Translations under genes and position numbers: made by a program | Notes under the pieces: generated by a model | What the model was told of the DNA's origin: nothing | The model's input: only the letters and a program-made list of their open reading frames with translations | Database searches by the model: none | Assembly: GCF_902652985.1 (NCBI RefSeq) | Contig: NC_047025.1 | Coordinates: 12,400,001-12,464,000 of the forward strand | From: Pecten maximus | Taxonomy: Eukaryota | Length of the DNA: 64,000 nucleotides | Direction of reading: 5' to 3' | Part shown: one piece after another, positions 28,046 to 39,230 of the stretch | Numbering within the stretch: the stretch's first letter is position 1 | Layout: each line of letters opens with the position of its first letter

Positions 28046-30483
28046 ACCATATTGTGTTCTGTAATGGTCATATTGATTTATGTAGGTCATTTTTATTATA
28101 GGTTGTTATACAATATTTTAAGACATGTAAATACTATTGTTTGTTTCATGTGTTTCAGTAAATCGTATACTGTATGGCATCAACTGTTAATAAACTTCCC
28201 TAGGATACATACAACGCATTGACAATTAATTTTCTTCGGTGATATCGTCGACACACCAACATTACATTGCTTTGAACAAATTTAGTTGCTTTAACTAGAG
28301 ATATAACTAGAGATATTCATATATCGCTTCCGACAATGTCCGATTGGTGTTTCATATATCTGGAAAAAATAGCACGGCTTAGTGATCCGAGCGTTAGCAA
28401 TATAACAGTGGGGAAAGTGTTTGAACCCCCTGGTCCTAACAGCCTATAGCCTTTTCCACAACATATCAATTGATACATTACCGTCAATCGCCGTATCTTA
28501 TCATGGTGACCCGATGTCGCAAGGATCGCCGTTTATTGAATTTAGTTTTATCTATATTTTGGATGTCTGTCTGAAATCTTCCTATTAGTTGCTGATCCAT
28601 GACCTCCAGACCGGTGTTATCGCGCCTTCTCTTGGCCAATAAGTACTGGGGAAACTTTTACGTGCCGAGTGAACAGTTACCACACCGGACACCGCTTTAA
28701 GTCCACACTGACCAACATGTTATGGGTCGGTCACACCTGGCATTTTTTGTCTCGTGGATATGCTCCCGATAATATTTAGCCTATATCGTGTCGATAAACA
28801 CACGTTTTTATAATTTAGGAATTTTTATTTCGGATTTCTTTAGATCAAGTTTTTTTGTACAATGAAATTATTGAATTCCAAACAAAGGAACCGCTCGCCA
28901 AATAACACGCAATTTGATCTTCTATAAAATAATAAGTAAGAAGAAAGACAAAAGTATAAAACAGATCAAAAAAAAAACAATCACAGTAGCATAATTTCCT
29001 TTAGCATGTTGATTCATTTTGATAACTTTTTATAAGCTTTACTTATCACGTGAAACTATCAGAAAGTATTTCAGAAAGACAACGGAGCATTACAGGAGAT
29101 TCAGATTGATCTTGGTGTCCACCAATTTATGATCTTCATTGTTTCTACCAAAGTTTGATCTGTTCTGTACGTTTGCAGATTTTCCCTTATTGACGTTCAG
29201 ATTGAATTACTGTATTGAGGGTATTTAAGAGTATAAGGGTAATTTTATTCTCCTTCCATATCAGGAAAAAGCATGCTCCGAAATGCAGACTTGAAATTTT
29301 CGTTAGAAACCTTGCGTTTGAATTATTTTCGTCTTTTTGATTTTTGATTTTGGGTTGTTCTTGTGCTCTAGCAAGTTTTGTGAAAAATAGTTTAATCAGC
29401 AGTTTTGCTTGATGATTTATTTTTGTGTTTTTGATGAGGGAGAATGACATTGTGTTGCAATTTTTCAGCAGTGTTACTGAACACTTAGTATGTATTCTGA
29501 GAATCATTACTATATGTTTGCAGCAGGTCTTAGGAGTAGCGGAGAGATACCCGCACTGAGAGGATTAGATATACGTATACGTACATCCAAATACAGATTA
29601 CATCGGGATGGTTCGTAGATTATTTTAAGTAAAACGGGTTCTTGTTTGTGTCCGGTGGGAAATTTCGAATTACATTTGAAATCAACTGGTATTCCTTCCA
29701 ACTGATACTTAGTATTTAGAAATCTTAAATCTCACTAAGTTGGATTCTGAAAGATACGTCCGCAGGAAGGTAAATAAACCAATATCATATTCAGGATTCA
29801 GTGACTTATTCTAGAAAAGTTTTCAGCGGTCGCCTCGGACATTAAGAAAATTGGTTTCATATCATTAGTGCTGGAGTTCGAGGAAAGGAAGGATATATTG
29901 GAGACAACATCCATGATAGTTTTAATATTTGTATCCATCATTAGTGTCCACCAAGGATTAAAACTATTAACACATTTGAATAACAATTGATAGTTCGATA
30001 CTGGAAGAACCACGCCCCATATTCCATTATCATTTTCCTCGTTTCTCTCAATATGTAGAATCTATGTTTAAGAAATAATATCTGCACACATAAATATATA
30101 TGTATATGACCCATTGGGCGATTAGGTGTCGTAGATCGCGAGTTCGAGGTCAGGACTGGTCCTCCTCCGTCATTTGTATTAATATGTTATAATCTAATTA
30201 TTAGCACAATGTATCATATGCACTCTGCGATGTTGACTCGCGTTTCGGCGATTATGCAATGCAACTTAAATAAGTTGTCTGGTTTTATCTCCAACTTTCA
30301 ATGATCAGAATACTTGTTCATCAAATGAGAAACAATAGATTATCAGTAACTAAGTCATATCTATACAGATTGCAAAGTAGTTTACCCTATGAAGTTTGTC
30401 TGGCTGAAAATAAACCAAAACAATGATTCATTTAAAATAATGAAACTTCCTTTAATTGGATTTAAACAAATTAATTTCAACAG

Positions 30484-32713
30484 CTACCTTAAATCTGTAC
30501 GAGGTAGGCTGTACAGCCAATCCGAGAACCACAAAGGAGCCAATTGAAAGGGGCCACCACATAAAGCGGCAATCATACCCCACGCGGTACCGCGCATGCG
30601 GATACATAGCAAACAGCGCGTGCGACATTGCATCGGTGACCTTCGATAAATCTGTGTCTTGGATGTTAGGCAGGTTTAGTATATTTTCTCTCCCTATAAT
30701 CAAAAGATAGATTAGAATAAATCTTCTTGATATAGCATGCATGGTAAAAAAAAAAGAAACATTAATATGTTTCAATTAGAGGGCTTGTGATTTCAGCAAT
30801 GAATTAAAAAAGATAAATAGATAAAAGGGTGTATTTTTAAAAGTGGAAATTATTACACTGGCCATTTTTCTTTCAATTCAATTTTCATCATATTTTTTCT
30901 TGATTTTTTTTCTATGAGAAATAAAACGAATAGAAAATTACAACATTTACAGTACATGAAACTAAATGAGATAAACTGTACATTGTATTCTTCACAAACT
31001 ATCTATTCACATTCTAAATCAGCTTGTACATCATGTTCAGAAAGTATAAAATCAATACCATTTATTCTAAAATTTTGAAATAGTTCTCTTTTTTATTTCA
31101 AACATAGGTAAAACTCACTTACATTGATTCACAAATTTACTTCCGTAATATTTGCTGATCTTGTCTGGAAGACTGACGTAACGGTCTCGAAACTTCTTCG
31201 CCATCATTTCCGGTAAAACAATCGAGGTCTGGAAAGCGCCGGGCTGAATAAGGTGTGCGGACATATCAGTGTTGTAGAACTCCCGCCTGTAACAATAAGC
31301 GGGAATTTGACCCTATAATTGCCTGCTGGGTGTCGTTCATGAAACAAAAGACGTAATTTACTGATACTGGAACATTTGCACATGCAAATTGATATCTTGT
31401 TCGTATTTCTTTCTCATTTTTCAGTTAGAATTACGTTTTATTTTACATATCTGCATTCTCTCGAAGACTAATCCACGCTCACCTGAACGTATCCGTGAAT
31501 GCTTCCACACCCCACTTGGTTACGTTGTAGGCACAACCTCCTGGCCAGGCGAACAATGCTGCATCGCTTGATACGCTAACCACCCTTCCAGCTCCTTCAC
31601 GGAGGAGTGGAAGGCAAGCCGTGGTGACGCTGATGACGCCGTGAAGGTTGACGGCAAACGTCAGATTGTAATCGTCCTTGGTGAGCCACTCCAGTGGAGC
31701 CGAGATTGGAAATATGCCTGCATTGTTTACCAATCCTCCGAGACCTGGACGCGTCCAAGAAGGCATTCATATAGAAACAAAAATGTAAAACTGTCATGAA
31801 AACGAAAATGTGATTCTAACCCAGAATCGATAAAACGATCGAGTGCAAAATATGAACAAAACAAAGATTTCCATGGAAGTATTTGAAAAAGTACAAAATA
31901 AGGAGTTCCGTAAGAGTAAGCGTCTTCTGTCTCTTTGCCTATACTCTCAGTAATGGCAGCATCCTCTAAGTGAGGCCCTTACAAGATAGCTTATTCTTAT
32001 AATGAATGTTTGGATAGTTGACGTTTATAGCGCAAATATTCCTGACAAATTCGCATACAATCGATGTACTCAGACCTGCTCTAAATTCTAACTGTATAAA
32101 AATATGGCGATTACGGTAGGTTCGAATGTACGATGCATTTGTTCTGAAACAAAAACATGTTCCCGGTTACAATGCGCTATGTAGCAACCGTTCACATACT
32201 TTCGCAAACATAGTTAAAATAATTTACAGCAGTTTTGCACTATGTTTTAAATTTCTGACAATTTTATTCAACTTCTGATTAAAAAGGCGACAAAAATACT
32301 TCGTGGTGATGTAGTTAATCTTCATAGATAAAAGAGATTTGCGTCTAGTATAGATCTCACCATAAACCCGCCTTACCTTGACCTTCAGGAATGGTATTGG
32401 CCATGTACTCTACTGCTTCTGCAATCGACTTTTCATTCGTCACATCTAGAGAAATAGGTTTTAATCTTTTGGAGCATTTCTGTTTCAGTCCTATCTCGGA
32501 TTTCTTGTTGAGACATCCAGCGAATACATGCACTCCTGCCTTGTCAAGCTGTGTGAGCAAGAAGGCGTCCGAAACCTGAATCACAGCCCGTGACCAATAC
32601 ATAGCGTTGGTTCCAATCCGTTAGTCGCAGATTTTCGCCGGTATTTATTGAATACAAACAACAACTACAAAGACGGCACAACATGTCAACGTCATTAAAA
32701 TGGTCCCAAACAT
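30484..32713 (-). pseudogene. RDH/SDR9C-like short-chain dehydrogenase, copy C (four 1-nt insertions: pseudogene or unpolished assembly)
   Basis: Exons 32713-32377, 31744-31483, 31286-31123, 30693-30484. Three extra bases in exon 1 give an early TAA, and there is one extra base in exon 4 (GCCAATTG versus GCCATTG in copy B). Confidence 0.75.
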
Positions 32714-33719
32714 GGTGTCCGATATATCGATCGGTCGGCCTGCCTTAGATAAGATAACCCACATAATCAAATGGCGTTAATACTACCGTCCGATATCTAT
32801 CAAACGGGTAACCAGACAATTCAGGTTCCTGTAACCGAGAGGTTATCTCGTACCGGTGATCATTAGCATGTTTATATAAAAAAAGTCATCGGTAATATAC
32901 ACACCATATGTTTACGTACGTCAACTGTGAGATAAATATGATTCGAGATCTTTAACAAGAGCTTACATGATAGGCTCGTCACTGGAAAAGCTACCGCAGG
33001 AAATTGAAGCGTCACTGACGGGGGAAAAAAAGTCTAATATATGTTGAACATTACTGCTTCTTGTTGTAGTGAACAGATTCTTAGAGGAATTAAAAAAGAA
33101 AACTTCTTGCATTTTCTACACATTGCCAATATTTGGCAATAAAAGGGGCATAACTCTGCGAAAATAATCGCGCAACTCCGAGTTATTGTGCCTAAGACTA
33201 TTTGTAGCAAGTTTCATTAATAATCCGTTGATAAATAAAGGCTAGAGAGCGCTAATAAGAAAAAGTGAACGGACGGACGTACATACAGCGCAGGGTATAC
33301 AATAATACGATCCGTCAACAACGAGCGTATAAAAACCCTGACAGTACCTGATCGGTGTTTGATACCGTACCTCACTTGTTTCAGGCAAAGTAAGTGTAGA
33401 TAATGCATATCTCTAAAGAGGACATGTTTTGTCTTTATAGCCACAATTATAAACTCATTGCTTTAGTAAATATGCATCTAAATATGAATCAACCACAGGG
33501 GTTCGTTATAAAGTATATGATATACGAGCTGGGTAGCACAGGATATGGTTTTGCTACCCATCTCATATATATTATTTGAAACGATCCCCTGTGATACGGT
33601 ACTGGTCAACATGTATTTTGATTCTTACTATAATAATACGACACTGACACGTTACCGAAACGCAAATACGATTTGAATAACTATACAAGAGGAACCCCTG
33701 CGGTGTAATCCACCACAGG

Positions 33720-33960
33720 TACTTGTGGACATGAATATGATGTTTTTAATAAAAATATTACAGTATAGACGAGTAAATTATTGTATTACAATCGCATGCT
33801 TAATTTGTAAAAAAAAATATATCGTTCCTTGGCCTTAGTATTTATAAGGCCAAGGAACGATATTTTTTTTTACAAATTAAGCATGCGATTGTAATACAAT
33901 AATTTACTCGTCTATAATGTAATATTTTTATTAAAAACATCATATTCATGTCCACAAGTA
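33720..33960. repeat. ~240-bp near-perfect palindrome
   Basis: TACTTGTGGACATGAATATG...GTTCCTTGGCCTTA / TAAGGCCAAGGAAC...CATATTCATGTCCACAAGTA with a loop of under 10 nt. Confidence 0.95.
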
Positions 33961-34039
33961 AATGTACATTGAATGATCTTTATAGGTTCCATGTCAGATT
34001 GATCTTCTATTTTTCCCTTCCTCTTACTAATCTGTGTAA

Positions 34040-34787
34040 ATTGAGAAACATATATCCTTCCAGTACTTTTCAAACAAGGGGAACCTATATATATGAAATT
34101 TGAGATTTAGCGATAATGGCTGTCTGTTGGCCATGTTGTTTTCAGATTCGTCCTAAAATGCAATAAAAGGGATCAAGGGGAACCTACATATGAAATTTGA
34201 GGAAGGTCCCTTCAGTACCTTCTGTAAAATAGCGATAACAAACATCAATCGTCAAAATCCAAGATTGCTGCCTGTCGACCATGTTGTTTTCAGAAGGTTC
34301 CAAAATGCAATATGCATAACTAGGGACCAAGGGGAGCCGACATATGAAATTTTTGAAAGACCCCTTTAATACTTTCTGAAAAATTGCGATAACAAACTTC
34401 AATGGTCAAAATCAAAGATGGCTGCCTGTCGACCATGTTGTTTTCTGATCGATCCCAAAATGCAATATGCACACTTAGGGATCTAGGGGAACCTACATAT
34501 TAAATTTGAGAAAGATCCCTTCAGTTTTTTCTGAGAAATAGCGACAACAAACTTCAATTGTCGAAGTCCAAGATGGCTGCCTGTCGGCCATGTTGTTTTC
34601 CGACTGGTACCAAAATGCATAATGTGGGAACCAAGGGGAACCTACATATGAAATTTGAGAAAGATCTCTTCAGGACTTTCTGAGAAAGAGCGATAACAAT
34701 GTTTACGGACGGACGGACTGACGACAAACCACGGACGCAGGGCGATTTGAATAGCCCACCATCTGTTCATCTGATGGTGAGCTAATA
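34040..34787. mobile_element. Helentron/HINE-like element with internal tandem repeats of about 140-150 bp
   Basis: Recurring GGAACCTACATATGAAATTTGA...CAAGATGGCTGCCTGTCG(A/G)CCATGTTGTTTTC units, then a (GGAC)n microsatellite and terminal stem-loop TAGCCCACCATC...GATGGTGAGCTA. Confidence 0.7.
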
Positions 34788-35836
34788 AAGATTTACGATA
34801 TGCCAAGTACGATCTAGTTACATTGCTTTGAACAAAGCTAGTTGCTTTATTCATATATATAGCTTCCGACAATGTCCTTAGGTGTTTTATAGAATTTAGC
34901 AATATAACAGTGGGTCCAAAACCCCGGTCCTATTTAAACAGCCTAGCGCCTTATTCCACAGCAACATATCCAACTCAATACTAGCGCCTTATTCCACCGT
35001 AACATACCAGACCCAATCCTTATGTTGTCAATCGTCGTATCTTATCATGGTGACCAGAGGGTCTTGGTTTATTGAATTGAATTTATATTTAGAATGATTC
35101 CTTAAGTTGGTTACCAACCTCCGGATCGCCGATATCCTGCCTGTTTTATGTTGATAAACACGTTTTTTGTTGTGATTTAGTAATATCTATTTCGGATTTC
35201 TTTATGTCGGAAGTCTTTTTTTTTTAATTTCACTCAAAGTAACCGCATGCCAAATAACATACCTCTGGATCTGGATCTTCTGGAACTTGAAGGTAATAGA
35301 CAAAGATACAGAACAGATCGAAATACTTCGTCACACCAGTAGCAGAATACCCTCCAGCATGGCGATTCAGTTTTACATGTAATAACTTTTTTATAAGCTT
35401 TACATATCACGCGAAACTATCCAGTATTTCAGAAAAACAACGGAGCATTACAGGAGATTCAGATTGATCTTCGTGGTTCTACCAAAGTTTGATCTGTTCT
35501 GTACATTTGTAGTTTCTCCTTAGGACATTTTACAGACAAAATATCAAAATTAGTCTTTATTATACTGATGATATCCAAAGGCGTTTCTCCTTAGACATTT
35601 TACCTTCAAAATATCAAAATTAGTCTGTTAAGACTCCTATCTTGAGATATCCAAAGTCAAACATTTACAACTACAGCGGACAAATGGAAACCTACAAACT
35701 AGAATCAACTGTCAAAATCCAAGATGGTTGTATGTCAGCCAGTCTGTGGTTCTAATCTCGTTGTCATTATCAAAATGGAACAATCATTTCCGAAGCCCCA
35801 CTCGATTTGCACTCTTCTCGGAAGAGAAGCCTTTTA

Positions 35837-37728
35837 CAGCGCTGCGCGCTGAAGTGTGTACGGTACTTTTTCAATAGTAGTACAGCAACTGTTGATTGTA
35901 TTGAATCGCCAACCGATAAGCTTGAAACAATGTATCGACCTTCCTGATTGGTTCTGTGCCAAAAGGGGCGGGGCGAACACGGAGTATGTACTGTACCAGG
36001 ACCGTGGCTGTGTATACACACGTGTGCGATTATATATAATTACATGACTATGCAAAACAACGACAACTTTTACGTTAAGTTTTAAGCATTTAATAAAGAT
36101 CTGGTACTCGTTGAATACATGGGTTGTTACACACATATATATGCCATGTTGTTATGAACAACTTATATGATACCTTCCGTGATTATACATATCCACACTG
36201 TCGGAAAAATCCAGACATGAACGAAGCAGGGAAATCCAGAGCATCTTAAATACTTGGCTTACATTTCTTTTTGAATTCGATGAATTCCATAACATCTTGA
36301 GTCACCTTTTTACTTTTCAGTGGTTTCCGTTTGACGATGGGCGCTAAAGACTTAGTCGCATAAAAAATCTTCATAATTTTGCGACATCCTGATTAGACAA
36401 ACCGGTCTTATCACTGATGGCTGAATATGAGAGTCCTTCTGAATGTAGATTATAAACAGTTTTTTCTCGTTTTTTTATCTTCACTTTTCCCTCTGGTGTA
36501 AACACGGCCCTTGGAATTTTACATGTTTGAAGTAGTACGTTATATGCGTACCGTCGTGTACACCGTCTAGACCTATAGTTTCCCTGTTTTTTTGTCAGAC
36601 ATGTAAGTAACCAAGGTGATTTGCATTACATGTATAAGCTCACAACTACATGTGTATAACTGCAACTTGCAATGTTTAACCAGCTTAATTTACAATATAT
36701 CTAATTTTTATACATTTAAATGTTTATTATGCAGATGTTCTTTCAATATGGACAACACAGTCAGTGTATTTTGAAAATTACGCACGTATTGATTGATGAT
36801 CGTCAAGCTAACCAGCCCTTCGAACTTTGTCACCAGCTGACCAGGTCGACCCTTCAGTTCAGGGATATATTTTCCCAATACACTGATTTGAGAGTGGGAA
36901 AGTCCATTGTATAGGGTAGATAGCATTTGCACTTCCTTTCACACCTCGTGTACAAGCTTAACTATCTGGGTCACGATAGCGATTCAGTTTACATGTAATT
37001 TGGAAGGGTCAAACATCAGACAAAACTGGGTTCCGGTGCACAGGGGCTTGGCACGATGGTGATGACGTTCCATATATGTATGTATAGTATATACATAAAG
37101 AATACATGGTCAGTGTCTTAAAATATAAGCTGTATTTTGGCGAGGGTAAAGAAATCGCCACTTTTGTCTTTCTGTCCCGAGCCAGAAATACAGCTTATAT
37201 TTTAAAACACTGACTATGTATTCTATTTATCCTCCAACAGTCATGAAAATAATCATCAAAAATAATCATTTTTATGTGAAACGGTGTCAAATATCACAGA
37301 AATATGTTCGTCTTTTAAACGTAGTTTCACTTTGAAGTAGGTCAGTCGAACTGACGCACGTGCTAAGATTCCAAAATACAGCTGTTTTCCGTCACTGCCG
37401 TATATACAGCAAAAATATATATACGATGGGTGTATTCCGACAATGCGGTGGCAGTTGCAGGATAAATTCATATATGGACCTTCATTTATAAACTTGTCAC
37501 TGAATATTTCACTCGAAGAACATTTTCATAACCCGCCATTCTCGCAAGTTTACTCATGTGCACACGAGTGCTGAGAAAGGTGTGTGCATTCAGTTCGACC
37601 AATCAAATCAACGCTTACTCAGCGCGATCGACTTTGTTAGAGTACTGTCGATACACAGTAATGTAGTACCAATACCTGTCGGTACTTGTGTTACACTTTG
37701 ACCGTACACACTTCAGCGCGCAGCGCTG
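35837..37728. mobile_element. 1.9-kb TIR element with TA target duplication (Tc1/mariner-like ends) containing a nested palindromic element
   Basis: Perfect 28-bp TIR CAGCGCTGCGCGCTGAAGTGTGTACGGT at both ends, each flanked by TA. Confidence 0.8.
37099..37467 (+). mobile_element. Palindrome-headed ~370-bp repeat, copy 1
   Basis: Hairpin ACATGGTCAGTGTCTTAA..TAAGCTGTA / TACAGCTTA..AACACTGAC; body flanked by TTTATCCT / AGGATAAA; highly similar to 62183-62569. Confidence 0.8.
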
Positions 37729-38169
37729 TAAGTAGATCGCATTCTGTTATATGTAAATCGAGTATACCGGAAGAATATAACCCAAAACAAACAAGTTTTT
37801 TCAGTTTTCTCAAACACTATGACACAAACATATGCATGTATGTGTCATAAATCCTTCTCAAACTCGACACTCGCACACCACTCGGTGACTCGCACACTTA
37901 AACATGGTCGCCGCCATCTTGGAAGATGAAATATCCAACGAGAAATAGCAATATAATATTTATTCTACCATGTTTGCTATGTATGTAACGCCAGTTTTGA
38001 TTGGTTTAAAACCATGTATTATTTTCCAATAACCCACGCTCGTGCCAATAATACACGGTCGTGAGTCACGGCTGTTACAATTTTATATATCTAAATTTTT
38101 CTTAAACAAGGACTGATAGAACGGACGACAGGCAGACTGTTGAATGGTCATATGACCATGGGTTCAAAA

Positions 38170-38205
38170 TAACACAACACATAACATATTCTGTAATATT
38201 TTATT
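38170..38205 (-). terminator. Probable PABPN1 polyadenylation signal
   Basis: Minus-strand AATAAA at 38205-38200 followed by GT-rich TGTTATGTGTTGTGTT. Confidence 0.55.
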
Positions 38206-39230
38206 AACAATTCCACTGCGTACATTTTTTTCACATAACTTGTATAGTTTCCTTTCTTTCTTTTCATGTTTCTTTTCAATTTCCCTTACATTTTTTTCAA
38301 TTCATGAACTTTTTTGCTCTTAATTCCTTTTTGCCATTTTTTATTTTCTTTTTTATTATCTTTTTTTTACAACTACGCTTTTCTACTGCCTTTGATTTTC
38401 TTTTTTTTTTCTTTCTCTTTTTTTTTAAATTTTTTTTTTCTTTTTTCCAGTAGGATTTCAGATGAAAATAGGTCTGCCATAGAAATGGCCTTAAACAGAA
38501 CATATATTGAGGACCTTCACAGACGCCCGAAAGCATCAGGACTCTGCAACCTGAAAAAAAGCTAAATCCTGCATTAGTTCACAGAATCTGCAAAGCTTTA
38601 CCACATTAAAATAGAACGGTTTATCAATAAAATAACTAAAATAAATTTGGAATATCAAATTTACATAAAATGTTACTACATACCCTTATATCATAAAAAT
38701 TGGTAAAACATTTTTGAAGTTAGTAGTTCTAAAATCATGATGAAATGGTATTTTAAGATAGTGGTTTCATTGAATTTAATGTGCTGGTTTTATTTGTTTA
38801 CTCCTATAATATGATAAATTAACTCTTTTTCCCTTTTTGAAACTTTCTGATTTCTTTCACACACATTTGCATACCGAAGACCAAATCAATTGGTCCAGAG
38901 ATTCTATTTTGTTTCTTCATAGTTAAAGAACTAAGAATGAATAAGAATCAAGACATTAACTGTTTTAAGACTAAATTTCTTTTTTAATTTATCTTGAACA
39001 TCATTTTATGTGGTATCCCGAATAGTTAACTTACTTGGATCTTTTTTAAATACTTGAGAGTGATAACTTATTTATTTAATATTTTTCATCAGATATTGAT
39101 TATTTCATTAATATTGCTCAATTATCTCCAAAAATTTCTTTCTCAAGATATATATCTTTACAAAATTTCATATCCAAATATTAAGCCTTTCTTTTCCTTG
39201 TTGTCAGTAATCTTAATGGCTAAACTTGCA

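Larger units (their letters stand above)
13090..35520. repeat. Tandem segmental triplication carrying the SDR copies
   Basis: Intergenic block 16730-19000 recurs at 28260-30060 and partially at 13090-13300 and 34820-35520. SDR upstream regions near 15.7-16.3, 25.8-26.3 and 32.7-33.7 kb are homologous. Confidence 0.9.

Noticed and set aside
38297-38565. Lys-rich and Phe-rich ORFs
   Set aside because: By-products of the A/T-rich tract in the probable PABPN1 3' UTR.
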